DNA from: Candidatus Latescibacterota bacterium
Lineage (GTDB): Bacteria > Latescibacterota > UBA2968 > GCA-2709665
Reading direction: 5' to 3'
DNA length: 64,000 bases
NCBI GenBank assembly: GCA_965219455.1
Contig: OZ244744.1
Location: forward strand, 4,832,001-4,896,000
Under the pieces are notes generated by a model that was given only the letters and a program-made list of their open reading frames with translations, was not told the origin of the DNA and ran no database searches. Position 1 is the first letter of the stretch, and each line of letters starts with the position of its first letter. Position numbers and translations under genes: made by a program. This document shows, piece after piece, positions 18,704 to 28,443 of this stretch.

Positions 18704-21617
18704 ATCGATTACCCGGGCTGTCCCCGGTACGGGTCCGGACAGGCTCCCGCCACAGAGTGGCGAGGTGATCGATCGCGGCGCCCGGGTTGCGTTTACCTTC
18801 GACGGGCGGGCTTTTATGGGATACGCGGGCGATACGATCGCATCGGCCCTGGCCGCCGACGGCGTCCGGGTCTTGAGCCGGTCGTTCAAGTATCACCGGC
18901 CCAGAGGTCTGTTGTGTTGCGCGGGTCAATGTCCGAACTGCCTGGTTCAGATAGGTGACGAGCCGAACGTCCGTGCCTGCACGCGCCGTGTGGAGGCAGG
19001 TATGGCCGTCCGGTCGCAGAACGCGCAGCCCTCGCTGGATCGGGACTTTCTTTCACTTACCCAACTGGCCGCGCCATTGATGCCGGTCGGTTTTTATTAC
19101 AAGACGTTCATCCGGCCCACCGCGCTGTGGCCATCCTTCGAACACGTGCTACGCCGCGCGGCCGGGCTGGGTAAAGTGGATCTCGCTTCGCGTCCGGACG
19201 CCTGCGACAAAGCGTATCTGCATGCCGACGTGGTGGTGGTGGGCGGTGGACCGTCGGGGATCGGTGCGGCCGTTGCCGCAGCCGAAGAGGGCGCACGCGT
19301 TGCGCTTTTCGACGTCGAACCGTCTCTGGGTGGACGCCTGCGCTTCTCTCCTTCCCAGTCCGGCTGCGTGGAGGAGTTGCTGGCTTCGGTGGCGAACCGG
19401 TCGGATATTGCGGTCTATACGGATACGGCCGTTGTGGGTTGGTACCAGGATAACTGGCTGGCCGCGGCAACGGGTTCGCGATTGTTCAAAATACGGGCGA
19501 AATCCGTGGTTGTTGCAACCGGCGCGATCGAAACGCCGCTTTTGTTCGACCACAACGACCTGCCGGGGGTGATGCTGGGCAGCGCCTCGCAGCGCCTGAT
19601 CCATCTTTACGGCGTGAAGCCGGGCGAAAAGGCGCTGGTGGTAACGGCGAATGACGACGGATGGGACGTGGCTGCAGACCTGGCCGAGGCGGACATCGAC
19701 GTCGCCGCAGTTGTGGATGAGCGGCATTCGTGTACGAGTCCGGCCGCTGATGAGTTGATTTCCCGTGGCGTGCCCGCGTGGTTCCGACACACGATTCTCG
19801 AAGCCGTCGGGTCAAAGCGAGTTCGGGCCGCCAGGGTCGCCCGGATCGATCCGTTGGGAGAGGCGGATCGATCCGCGGCGCGAAACCTGGCGTGCGATCT
19901 GATTGTCGTGAGCGTGGGTTGGACGCCGGATCTGGCGCTGTTCCACATGGCGGGCGGCGAATCGGTATACGACGCACAACGGTCGGAACCGCAGGCGACA
20001 GCCGCGCCGAAGGGGATGTTCGTGGCGGGTCGTGCCGCGGGCGCCCACACGGCCCCATGCGCCCTGGACGAGGGGCGGATCGCGGGAAAGAGGGCCGCGG
20101 CCTCCTCGGGCTTCGGGAATGGACCCGGCGGGTCTGAGGTTTCCGATCTGCTCGCGCGGAAAGCCGGGGAGCCGGTGCGAACGTCGGCCCGTACGATGGT
20201 TCCGGGCAAGAAAAAGCGGTTTCTGTGTTATTGCGAAGACGTCACCGACGTGGATCTGCAGACGGCAATCGCGGAGGGGTACGACAGTCTCGAACTGCTG
20301 AAGCGGTACAGCACGATTTCCATGGGCCCGTGCCAGGGCAAAATGTGCTCCATGAATACGGTGCATTTATGTGCACGGGCGAATGGAAAGCAGGTGCAGG
20401 AAACGGGCAAAACGACGTCACGTCCGCCCTTCGTGCCGGTACCGCTGGGCGCGTTGGCCGGGCAGAACATGGAGCCCGTGCAGATGTCTCCCGCGCATCA
20501 ATGGCACCTGGACCGGGGCGCCAACATGATGGTGGCGGGACTCTGGTTGCGCCCGGAAGACTATGGAGACGCCACGGCCGAGGTGAAGGCCGTGCGCGAG
20601 CGGGTTGGGCTGATGGACGTCAGTACGCTGGGCAAGATCCAGTTGACGGGGCCCGGAGCGCCTGAATTGCTTGAAAGGCTGTACGTCAACCAGTGGCGGA
20701 AGCTGGGCGTCGGCCGCGTCCGGTACGGCCTGATGTGCAACGACGAAGGGGTGGTGATGGACGACGGGGTGTGCGCCCGCATACAGGAGAACGAGTGGTA
20801 TATGAGTACCACCTCCACGGGGGCGACGACGGTGTTCGAATGGATTCAATGGTGGGTGCAGTCAGGCTGGGGAGAAGGGGTGCACGTCGTCAACCTCACC
20901 GATTCCTACGCGGCGTTCAACCTGGCGGGACCCAGGTCGAGGGACGTGCTGCAGCGTCTCACGGACCGGGACCTGAGCAACCGGAAGTTCCCCTACATGC
21001 GGGTGCGGTCGACCCGCGTCGCGGGGGTGTTGTGCCGGGTATTGCGCATCGGGTTTACGGGCGAGCTTTCCTACGAAATTCACTGTCCGGCGTCATACGG
21101 CATGCATGTCTGGGAGGCACTGATGGCGGCGGGGGAGGAATTCGGCATCGCGCCGTTCGGAATGGAGGCCCAGCGTGTGCTCCGCCTGGAGAAGGCGCAT
21201 ATCATCGTGGGTCAGGACACCGATGCGTTGTCCGATCCCTTTTCCGCGAATATGGAATGGGCCGTGAAGATGAACAAGCGGGATTTTCTGGGCAAGCCCA
21301 TGCTGACCAGGATTTCGGAACGCGGAATCGGCCAGCGGCTCGTGGGGTTCAGGATGGCGCGACGGGACGTGGTGCCGGAGGAGGGTCTGCAGGCGGTGCG
21401 TCCTGATGGGAACGGAAAGCAGGAGATCATCGGCTGGTTGACTTCCTGCCGGCTCAGCCCGGCGCTGAACGAGACCATCGGCCTGTGCTGGCTGCCCGCA
21501 CACGTGGCCGCGGAAGCGGGAACGCCGTTTCAAATTCGCAGAGATGGCGAACTTGAAGGTGCTTATGTTCACCACGGGCCTTTTTACGACCCCGAAGGAG
21601 AAAGGTTGCAGATGTGA
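18693..21617 (+). CDS. soxA: Sarcosine oxidase alpha / MgdC-like subunit with GcvT (THF-binding) domain
   Basis: GDTIASAL, SRSFKYHRPRG, GGGPSG, DVSTLGK, GFTGELSYE, LRLEK, FYDPEGER. Confidence 0.88.
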   Translation: MATESITRAVPGTGPDRLPPQSGEVIDRGARVAFTFDGRAFMGYAGDTIASALAADGVRVLSRSFKYHRPRGLLCCAGQCPNCLVQIGDEPNVRACTRRVEAGMAVRSQNAQPSLDRDFLSLTQLAAPLMPVGFYYKTFIRPTALWPSFEHVLRRAAGLGKVDLASRPDACDKAYLHADVVVVGGGPSGIGAAVAAAEEGARVALFDVEPSLGGRLRFSPSQSGCVEELLASVANRSDIAVYTDTAVVGWYQDNWLAAATGSRLFKIRAKSVVVATGAIETPLLFDHNDLPGVMLGSASQRLIHLYGVKPGEKALVVTANDDGWDVAADLAEADIDVAAVVDERHSCTSPAADELISRGVPAWFRHTILEAVGSKRVRAARVARIDPLGEADRSAARNLACDLIVVSVGWTPDLALFHMAGGESVYDAQRSEPQATAAPKGMFVAGRAAGAHTAPCALDEGRIAGKRAAASSGFGNGPGGSEVSDLLARKAGEPVRTSARTMVPGKKKRFLCYCEDVTDVDLQTAIAEGYDSLELLKRYSTISMGPCQGKMCSMNTVHLCARANGKQVQETGKTTSRPPFVPVPLGALAGQNMEPVQMSPAHQWHLDRGANMMVAGLWLRPEDYGDATAEVKAVRERVGLMDVSTLGKIQLTGPGAPELLERLYVNQWRKLGVGRVRYGLMCNDEGVVMDDGVCARIQENEWYMSTTSTGATTVFEWIQWWVQSGWGEGVHVVNLTDSYAAFNLAGPRSRDVLQRLTDRDLSNRKFPYMRVRSTRVAGVLCRVLRIGFTGELSYEIHCPASYGMHVWEALMAAGEEFGIAPFGMEAQRVLRLEKAHIIVGQDTDALSDPFSANMEWAVKMNKRDFLGKPMLTRISERGIGQRLVGFRMARRDVVPEEGLQAVRPDGNGKQEIIGWLTSCRLSPALNETIGLCWLPAHVAAEAGTPFQIRRDGELEGAYVHHGPFYDPEGERLQM

Positions 21618-22294
21618 GTACGTGGGCGGCGCCGGTGAAATTGTCGCCTCTTCACGCAACGGCGCAGGATCTCGGGGCAGGCTTTGCGAAAACTTCCGGA
21701 TGGCAGATTCCAGAGGTCTATTCGACGCTGGAAGCAGAGATATCCGCCGCGGAACGGGGCGTGGCTCTGGCCGATGAGACGGCAAACGGCAAGATCCGGG
21801 TCGAGGGAGAAGAAGCGGAAGCGGCGTGGGGACCGCGGCAGGTGGAAATCGGCGGACGGGTGGTGGTCGACTCGTTACACGCGTATCGGCTTCGCAGCGA
21901 TTGTTTTTTCGTAAGCACCCCGCCGGGGCGGGATATCCCGGCCCGCAGGACACTGATGGACCGGGCGTCCGATCAATTCGTTACGGTGACGAATTTAACC
22001 CATGCCTGGTCCGAGATCCGGGTTGTCGGGTCGGCTGCTTCGACGCTGATGAGCAGGGTATGCGGGCTGGATTTCGAAGGCGGCGCGTTTCCGGACGGCG
22101 CCGCGAAGCAGACCAGCGTCGCCAGGACGACGCAACTCGTCATTCGACGGGATGCTGTCGATCTGCCGGCCTATTCGATTCTCGGAGCGCGGTCCCTGGC
22201 ATCGTATCTGTGGGATATTCTCATGGAGGCCGGAACCGATTTACAGATCGCGCCGATCGGCCTGGGCGCCATCCGCGCGCTCGAGTCCCGGTAG
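21614..22294 (+). CDS. soxG: Sarcosine oxidase gamma / MgdD-like (GcvT-like N-terminal fragment)
   Basis: SPLH start, CGLD..AKQT, RSLASYLWD; overlaps soxA stop. Confidence 0.75.
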   Translation: MSTWAAPVKLSPLHATAQDLGAGFAKTSGWQIPEVYSTLEAEISAAERGVALADETANGKIRVEGEEAEAAWGPRQVEIGGRVVVDSLHAYRLRSDCFFVSTPPGRDIPARRTLMDRASDQFVTVTNLTHAWSEIRVVGSAASTLMSRVCGLDFEGGAFPDGAAKQTSVARTTQLVIRRDAVDLPAYSILGARSLASYLWDILMEAGTDLQIAPIGLGAIRALESR

Positions 22295-22339
22295 GTATCG
22301 GCGAAGAGATAACGTTTTTTTAGATAGGAAGGGTCGTCT

Positions 22340-23821
22340 ATGTCGAACCAGGCCGCAACGGATCTGGAGGCATATGTCTCGGCCGCCGGTCGGGACGAGC
22401 GGGTGCGTGAAGTGCGTGAAAAGATCGACGCGCTTGGAATCACCTACATCTACTACCAGTTTATATCGGTGACCGGCCGGGTGGTGGGTAAAGGCATTCC
22501 GGCGGACCACTGGGAACGGATCGCGGATCGCGGATTTCAGCTGGTGTACGGGGCAACGGCCAACCTGTTCATGGACCGGTACGACAACTACATCGGATAC
22601 GGTCCGGAGGCGTCGGAACTCGTGGGAATTCCAGACCCGGAGACCTTCGTGCAATTGCCGTGGGACAAACGCCTGGCGCGGGTCTTCTGCACACTGTTCC
22701 GCAACCGGGACGAACTGGAAAATCCCGGCGGCTTCCTCACGTCGGACTGCAGGGGCAATCTCCGGCGCATCCACGCGCAATTCGCACGGGATCACGACGG
22801 ACTGCACATGCGCCATGGCGCCGAACCGGAGATGATGTGGCTGCAGAAAGGGCCCGACGGCAAACCCGCGGAGGGCTTCAGCAAACCCTACTGCTACCAC
22901 ATCGATCAGTTCGAGTCCCTCAGGCCGGTGGTGATGAAGGTGATCGAATACGGCAGGGCAATGGGGCTGGACATGATCCAGGGAGACCACGAAGACGCGC
23001 CGGGACAGTTGGAGTTGAACTTTACCTTTGACGATGCGCTCGCTACCTGCGACCGTCTGACCACGTACCGGCAGATTTGCGCCCAGGTGGGAAGGGAGCA
23101 AAATCTGATCGCCTGTTTCATGTGCAAGCCGTTTATGGGCGTATCGGCATCGGGTTGCCACCACAATCTCTCGCTGTGGCGGGGGGGCGAAACCGTGTTG
23201 AATCCCCTCGGCAACGACACGCTGCCCGGGATGGATGAGGTATTCAGCTACCGGGAAGGCGGGGAGAATGCGTTCGAGCCGCTGCCCGGCAAACGGGAGC
23301 CCGCGCCCACCGGTCTGCAGTGCATCGGCGGGGTGATCGAACATCTCCAGGCGCTGACGGCCATCGGGTGTTCCACCGTAAATTCCTACCGGCGATTGTG
23401 GGAGACGGGTTTCTGGGCGCCCGTTTATTCCGACTGGGGGTATCAGAACCGCACATGCGGGTTGCGGGTATCCGGGCCGGGCCGTTTCGAATACCGTGCC
23501 GTCGACGCGATGGTGAACCCCTATCTGATGGCGGGTGCGTTGCTGAAGGCGTTTGACGACGGCATCCGGCGCGAACTGGATCCGGGCGAGCCGGAGCACC
23601 GCAACATTTACGAGGCGATCGAAGAGGGGAAGGAAGTGACGAAGTTGCCGGTCACGCTCGGCGATGCGCTGGACAGGCTGGAGCAGGACGAGGTGATCCG
23701 GTCCTCGCTTCCGCACGAGATGTACGACGTTTACATGCATTACAAGCGGGACGAGTGGGAGCGGTTTCTGGCAACGGTGACCGACTGGGATCTGGAGACC
23801 TACTGGGATTGTCTGCCATAG
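22340..23821 (+). CDS. Glutamine synthetase family gamma-glutamyl-amine ligase (putative GMA synthetase)
   Basis: GAEPE, DHEDAPGQLE, KPFMG..GCHH, QNRT, FEYR.D; context. Confidence 0.85.
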   Translation: MSNQAATDLEAYVSAAGRDERVREVREKIDALGITYIYYQFISVTGRVVGKGIPADHWERIADRGFQLVYGATANLFMDRYDNYIGYGPEASELVGIPDPETFVQLPWDKRLARVFCTLFRNRDELENPGGFLTSDCRGNLRRIHAQFARDHDGLHMRHGAEPEMMWLQKGPDGKPAEGFSKPYCYHIDQFESLRPVVMKVIEYGRAMGLDMIQGDHEDAPGQLELNFTFDDALATCDRLTTYRQICAQVGREQNLIACFMCKPFMGVSASGCHHNLSLWRGGETVLNPLGNDTLPGMDEVFSYREGGENAFEPLPGKREPAPTGLQCIGGVIEHLQALTAIGCSTVNSYRRLWETGFWAPVYSDWGYQNRTCGLRVSGPGRFEYRAVDAMVNPYLMAGALLKAFDDGIRRELDPGEPEHRNIYEAIEEGKEVTKLPVTLGDALDRLEQDEVIRSSLPHEMYDVYMHYKRDEWERFLATVTDWDLETYWDCLP

Positions 23822-24138
23822 TGTTCCCTTCCGGAAATATGTCACGATTCAACCGCCGGTTCATCCCCTCTCTCTGAGTTGCTTGCGCTGCCTGTTCTGC
23901 CTGCACTGAGCTTGTCGAAGTGGCCTGTCGAAACAAGCTTGTCGAAGTGTATTCGCTCGCCGAAACGTGGTCATTGAGCTTGTCGAAATGCCCGCGTTTC
24001 GCTATCCGGTCGATGCCGATCGACAATCCTTCGCCGACCCTTCGACAAGCTCAGGGAGCGGCTCACGGCTCAGGCGCCTGGAGAGCCCGGCGATTCGACG
24101 GCCGAATCCAGGCAATCTGTTTCCAGGACAGAACACCA
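23819..24138 (-). mobile_element. MITE copy 2 (inverted relative to copy 1), expanded by nested REP-like units
   Basis: Starts TAGTGTTCCCTTCCGGAAATAT..CCGCCGGTTCATCCC, ends CAGGCAATCTGTTTCCAGGACAGAACACCA; matches reverse complement of copy 1 arms. Confidence 0.8.
23906..24056. repeat. Cluster of REP-like (CTG)AGCTTGTCGAA units
   Basis: Direct copies at ~23906, ~23936, ~23974 and inverted CCCTTCGACAAGCTCAGGG at ~24038. Confidence 0.75.
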
Positions 24139-24152
24139 TAAACGAGGCGCGT

Positions 24153-25088
24153 ATGTGCGGTATCGCGGGGATTATCCACCGGAACAAGACGGGTCGAATC
24201 GGGAACGAGATGACGATGATGCTTCAGGCGATGAAGCACAGGGGTCCGGATTCCACGGGTTTCGCGGTCTACGGTGCGCCGGCCGCCGGCGTCCTTGCGA
24301 TGCGTTTCAAGGCGGCCGAGAAGGAAGACCTGGGGTCCGGGTTTGAAATCCAGGATCAGATCGCGCGGCGCAGGGTGGAGGTGGATGAGCGGATCGGGTC
24401 GATGGGGGGCGAGATCCTCACGGCGGAACAGCCGACGGAGTACGCGTTCCTGTACCGCGTCAGATACGACGGGGATCTGCGTCGTTTCGCGGATTTCATC
24501 GAAGACGTGGAAGGCGTCGAAATCCTGTCCATCGGCAGCGCGCTGGAACTCGTCAAGGATCTGGGCGATGCCATCGAGGTGAGTGAGCAGTACGGTATGG
24601 GTTCGTTTTTGGGCACCCACGCGATCGGGCACGTTCGCATGGCCACCGAGTCCGACGTGGACATTCGTTCCGCGCATCCTTACTGGGCGTATCCATTTGG
24701 CGATATCTCCGTGGTACACAACGGGCAGTTGACCAATTACTGGTCCAAGCGCCGCGACCTCGAGCGCCGGGGGCATCGCTTTGTGTCGGATTGCGATTCG
24801 GAACTGATCGCGGTCTATGTTGCGGACAGCCTGGATCGATCCTTTTCTCTGGAAGAATCGATGGTGCGATCCGTAAGCGAACTGGATGGCGTATTCACGT
24901 ATCTGGTCGCGACAAGGGACAGCCTGGGTCTGGCCAAAGACACCATGGCGGCCAAACCCATGGTGCTCTACGAAGGCGAAGAGCAGACCCTGCTTGCCTC
25001 GGAGGAAGTGGCGATCCGGACGGTTTTGCCCCAGGAAATCGAGACCGTGGACCCCTACGCGGGAGAAGTGCGGGTATGGCGGAATTAG
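24153..25088 (+). CDS. Class II glutamine amidotransferase, MgsA/GlxB-like, copy 2
   Basis: MCGIAG, RGPDSTG, GHVRMATES, VHNG, DCDSE. Confidence 0.82.
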   Translation: MCGIAGIIHRNKTGRIGNEMTMMLQAMKHRGPDSTGFAVYGAPAAGVLAMRFKAAEKEDLGSGFEIQDQIARRRVEVDERIGSMGGEILTAEQPTEYAFLYRVRYDGDLRRFADFIEDVEGVEILSIGSALELVKDLGDAIEVSEQYGMGSFLGTHAIGHVRMATESDVDIRSAHPYWAYPFGDISVVHNGQLTNYWSKRRDLERRGHRFVSDCDSELIAVYVADSLDRSFSLEESMVRSVSELDGVFTYLVATRDSLGLAKDTMAAKPMVLYEGEEQTLLASEEVAIRTVLPQEIETVDPYAGEVRVWRN

Positions 25089-25933
25089 ATACTGACCGAG
25101 ATAAGGATCACCGGTCCTACAGGATGGGGCTGCACGACGAGCCGCTCGCGCAGCGCACGAATCGGGTCTTCTTCCGGGCCGAAGCAGGAGAGGACCTGGT
25201 GTACCCGGGGAGTCTTCGTGTGGACGTCGGCAGGCGCATCGAGTTCGATGCCGCGCCGATGTCGATTCAGGAGGTGAACCGCAGAATCCGGGCGTTGATG
25301 GAAGAAGGTTACGGCCACATTGTGGTGCGAAATCCGAACGCCAAACACTCGCTCGGCGCCGGTATTCTGAATCGGCTGACGTTGGACTTCGAGGGGTCGC
25401 TCGGTTATTTCGCGGTGGGCCTCATCGATGGACCGAACGTAAGGATCAGGGGGCGGGTGGGCTGGTCGTGCGCGGAAAACATGATGGCGGGCACCGTGGT
25501 TGTGGAGAAGAACGCCGGGTCGTCGTTCGGCGCGGCGCTGAGGGGCGGCGACCTCGTGTGCAAAGGAGACGTCGGGGGGCGGACCGGAATCAACATGAAG
25601 GGCGGGACGATCCTGGTCGCGGGGCGAACCGGAATTCTGTCCGGGTTCATGATGCAGCGCGGGCGGATGGTCGTTCTGGGAGACGCCGATGAGAGTCTCG
25701 GAGATTCGATGTACGACGGTACGATTTACGTGGGCGGGCGGATCAGGTCGCTGGGCGTGGACGCCGTACGTGCGGATTTGACGGACCTCGAGGTCGCCTG
25801 GCTGGGCCGTAAGTTGGAGCTGTACGGCCTCGAGGCCCCGGAAGGCGTCGGCAACCTGAAGAAGGTTGTTGCGGGCAGGCAACTCTGGAATTACGACAAC
25901 CTGGAACCGGCGGAGAAGAAGATGGTCCTTTAA
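25076..25933 (+). CDS. GXGXG domain protein, MgsB/GlxC-like with N-terminal extension, copy 2
   Basis: GSLGYF, AENMMAG, MKGG, GFMMQRG, GDSMYDG, LWNYD. Confidence 0.82.
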   Translation: MAELDTDRDKDHRSYRMGLHDEPLAQRTNRVFFRAEAGEDLVYPGSLRVDVGRRIEFDAAPMSIQEVNRRIRALMEEGYGHIVVRNPNAKHSLGAGILNRLTLDFEGSLGYFAVGLIDGPNVRIRGRVGWSCAENMMAGTVVVEKNAGSSFGAALRGGDLVCKGDVGGRTGINMKGGTILVAGRTGILSGFMMQRGRMVVLGDADESLGDSMYDGTIYVGGRIRSLGVDAVRADLTDLEVAWLGRKLELYGLEAPEGVGNLKKVVAGRQLWNYDNLEPAEKKMVL

Positions 25934-26082
25934 GGGTCGCTGCCGGGTACGCCATCGGCCGCGTCGTACGGCGCTGCGGGGCGAGGTTTCCGGAACCGTA
26001 CCCGGACGCCGTCGTGCACCGCCGCAGTCACTGTCACGGCTGGAGATTTCAGGATCGCAATCCACCTTTTCAGGAGGGGAAT

Positions 26083-27075
26083 ATGGGCGACGTACTATCG
26101 GTCGGCGTGGTCGGCGCCGGTGGCATCGCACGTTCGCATATGCGTGCAATCGCAGAGACCGAAAATATCAGAACGGCCGCGGTGATGGACATCTACCGGG
26201 AACCCGCGGAAGCGGCCGCGGCGGATTTCGGCGCCAGGGCGTATACGGATTTCAACGCCATGCTGAACGATCCGCAGGTCGAAGCGGTCCACGTGTGCAC
26301 GCCCCACAACCGGCACGGGGAGCAGGTGGTGGCCGCCGCGGAAGCAGGCAAACATGTCCTGGTGGAAAAGCCGATGGCGCTGACGCTCGACGAGTGCGAC
26401 CGGATGATCGCGGCCTCCGAAAAGGCAAACCGCGTCCTGATGGTTGGCCAGGTGATGCGCTACTACCCCATGAGCCGCAAGGTAAAACAGCTCATTGCCG
26501 ATGGCGAGATCGGCAATGTGGGTCATCTGCTCAGACGCCGGTTGGGGAACTTCAATCCCACGCCCCCGCCGGGACAGGATAACCACTGGTACCTGGATCT
26601 GGATGCGGGAGGCATTTGCGTATTGTATTGTTTCGGGCCGCACGAGTACGATATTCTGCACTGGTATCTGGATTCCCCTGTTGTCAGGGTCTTCGCTCAG
26701 GGAACGGAGAGTACGGAACGCTATCGTGGACAGAAGGATTCCTATACGACTGTCATGAACCATGCCAACGGCGCGGTAAGCGTGTTGTCTCAGTCCGTGG
26801 TCTGCCATTCCGGGATGCACGACCAGTTCATTATGGGTAGTCGCGGTTCGATGATGTTTACCCATCAGCGCCTGCTGCTCAACGGCGAGGAAGTGGAGGT
26901 CGACGGCGCGGGCAGCGGGATGACAAATCAGATACGAGAGTTCGCCGATTGCTGTCTCGAGGGAAAGACGCCGGATGCCAACGGTCGGTCCGTGCGGCAC
27001 ACGATGGCCGTAATTGAGGCGGCCAAGCAGAGTGCGGAGCGGAACGAGCCGGTGCCGGTCTCGGAATTTGATTGA
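26083..27075 (+). CDS. Gfo/Idh/MocA family oxidoreductase
   Basis: VVGAGGIA, CTPH..H, GKHVLVEKPMA; RBS GGAGG. Confidence 0.9.
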   Translation: MGDVLSVGVVGAGGIARSHMRAIAETENIRTAAVMDIYREPAEAAAADFGARAYTDFNAMLNDPQVEAVHVCTPHNRHGEQVVAAAEAGKHVLVEKPMALTLDECDRMIAASEKANRVLMVGQVMRYYPMSRKVKQLIADGEIGNVGHLLRRRLGNFNPTPPPGQDNHWYLDLDAGGICVLYCFGPHEYDILHWYLDSPVVRVFAQGTESTERYRGQKDSYTTVMNHANGAVSVLSQSVVCHSGMHDQFIMGSRGSMMFTHQRLLLNGEEVEVDGAGSGMTNQIREFADCCLEGKTPDANGRSVRHTMAVIEAAKQSAERNEPVPVSEFD

Positions 27076-27105
27076 AAACGATACCGGCGAACGCCCCGGG
27101 TTACT

Positions 27106-28371
27106 ATGGAATTGAACACGGAGGTCCTGGACGCGGATGTCGCGTTCATTCCACGCAAGCTGAAAACGCCGCTGCACTTGAGTTCCGGGTTGATTTCGGA
27201 GGTTACGGAAGCCCGTGCGGCCGTTACGGTTCGCGCGGCCGGGCGCGAAGCGAAGGGAAGGGGTTCAATTTATCTCAGCGACGTCTGGGCCTGGCCGGAC
27301 CCCGCGCTGACGCACGAGTATCGAGACGCGGCCCTGCGGGGTTTCTGTGAGGACCTCGCCGAAGGACTGTACGCGCACTGCGGCGGCGAGCCGGCGCATC
27401 CGCTCACTCTGGGGATGCGGCTGCACGAGTCGGTTCCCCGGGAAACGTCGCCTCCGATCCTCGCGCGGGCGATGTGCGCCAGTCCCTTCGACGCGGCCAT
27501 CCACGATGCGGTCGGCATCGCGACCGGACGTTCCGCATTCCATTTTTACTCCGGGTCCACGCCGCTTCCCCACGTCGACGGTCTCTTTTCGGGCGGTAGC
27601 GCGTGCGCGGCGATTCAGCGTCTGTTTCGGTCACCCCGAACCCGGCTGCCCGCCTGGTGGGTCCTGGGAAGTTCAGACGACCTGGGGACAGATCTCGCGC
27701 GAATCATAAGGGAACGCGGGTACCGCTGTTTCAAGCTGAAGATTCTGGGTCGGGACAATTCCGCCGACGCGGCCAGGACCGTTGAGGTGTACCGGGCCAT
27801 CCGGGGGCTTGGCGTTGACGAGCCGGCGTTGACGGCTGACAGCAATGAAGCCAATCCGGACGCGAAGAGCGTGCTGGACTACCTGGAACGCCTCAGGGCC
27901 GCGGATAGCGGGGCTTTCCGGGCGTTGAAGTACCTGGAACAGCCGACCGGCAGGGATATCCTGGTGCATCCACAGGACTGGCGTGCGGTGACCGGGCTCA
28001 AGCCGGTGTTTCTGGACGAGGGCCTGACCAGCCTGGAGTTGCTCGCGGAAGCGAAGAGACAGGGATGGAGCGGTCTGGCCCTGAAGACCTGCAAGGGCCA
28101 TAGTTTCGCGCTGCTGGCCGCCGCGTGGGCGCGCGAAAACGGGATGTCGCTCGCGTTTCAGGATCTGACCAATCCCGGGCTCTCGGCAATTCACGCGGCG
28201 CTTTTCGCGGCGCACGTGCCCACGGTCAACGGCGTGGAGATCAATTCGCCGCAGTATACCCCCGCCGCCAACAAGGAGTGGCTGCCTCGCCTGGCCGGGA
28301 TCTTCGAGCCCGTGGATGGGATGCATCGAATAGACAACCCCGACACCGTGGGACTGGGTTCGCCGCTATAG
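27106..28371 (+). CDS. Enolase superfamily (mandelate racemase/MLE-like) enzyme
   Basis: FKLK, ADSNE, YLEQP, FLDEG, ALKTCKG. Confidence 0.78.
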   Translation: MELNTEVLDADVAFIPRKLKTPLHLSSGLISEVTEARAAVTVRAAGREAKGRGSIYLSDVWAWPDPALTHEYRDAALRGFCEDLAEGLYAHCGGEPAHPLTLGMRLHESVPRETSPPILARAMCASPFDAAIHDAVGIATGRSAFHFYSGSTPLPHVDGLFSGGSACAAIQRLFRSPRTRLPAWWVLGSSDDLGTDLARIIRERGYRCFKLKILGRDNSADAARTVEVYRAIRGLGVDEPALTADSNEANPDAKSVLDYLERLRAADSGAFRALKYLEQPTGRDILVHPQDWRAVTGLKPVFLDEGLTSLELLAEAKRQGWSGLALKTCKGHSFALLAAAWARENGMSLAFQDLTNPGLSAIHAALFAAHVPTVNGVEINSPQYTPAANKEWLPRLAGIFEPVDGMHRIDNPDTVGLGSPL

Positions 28372-28443
28372 TGGTTCCGGAAGCCCCGAGTTCGTATGGT
28401 TGGCGGGTAACGGAGTGTTTCGATTCCTGCAGGAGGGAAACCG

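Noticed and set aside
12345-23845. Long minus-strand ORFs (12345-14057, 15347-17197, 22241-23845 and similar)
   Set aside because: Antisense shadows of well-supported plus-strand genes in GC-rich DNA, with no recognisable motifs.
23880-24060. CRISPR array
   Set aside because: Repeats are short, irregularly spaced, include an inverted copy, and there are no cas genes.
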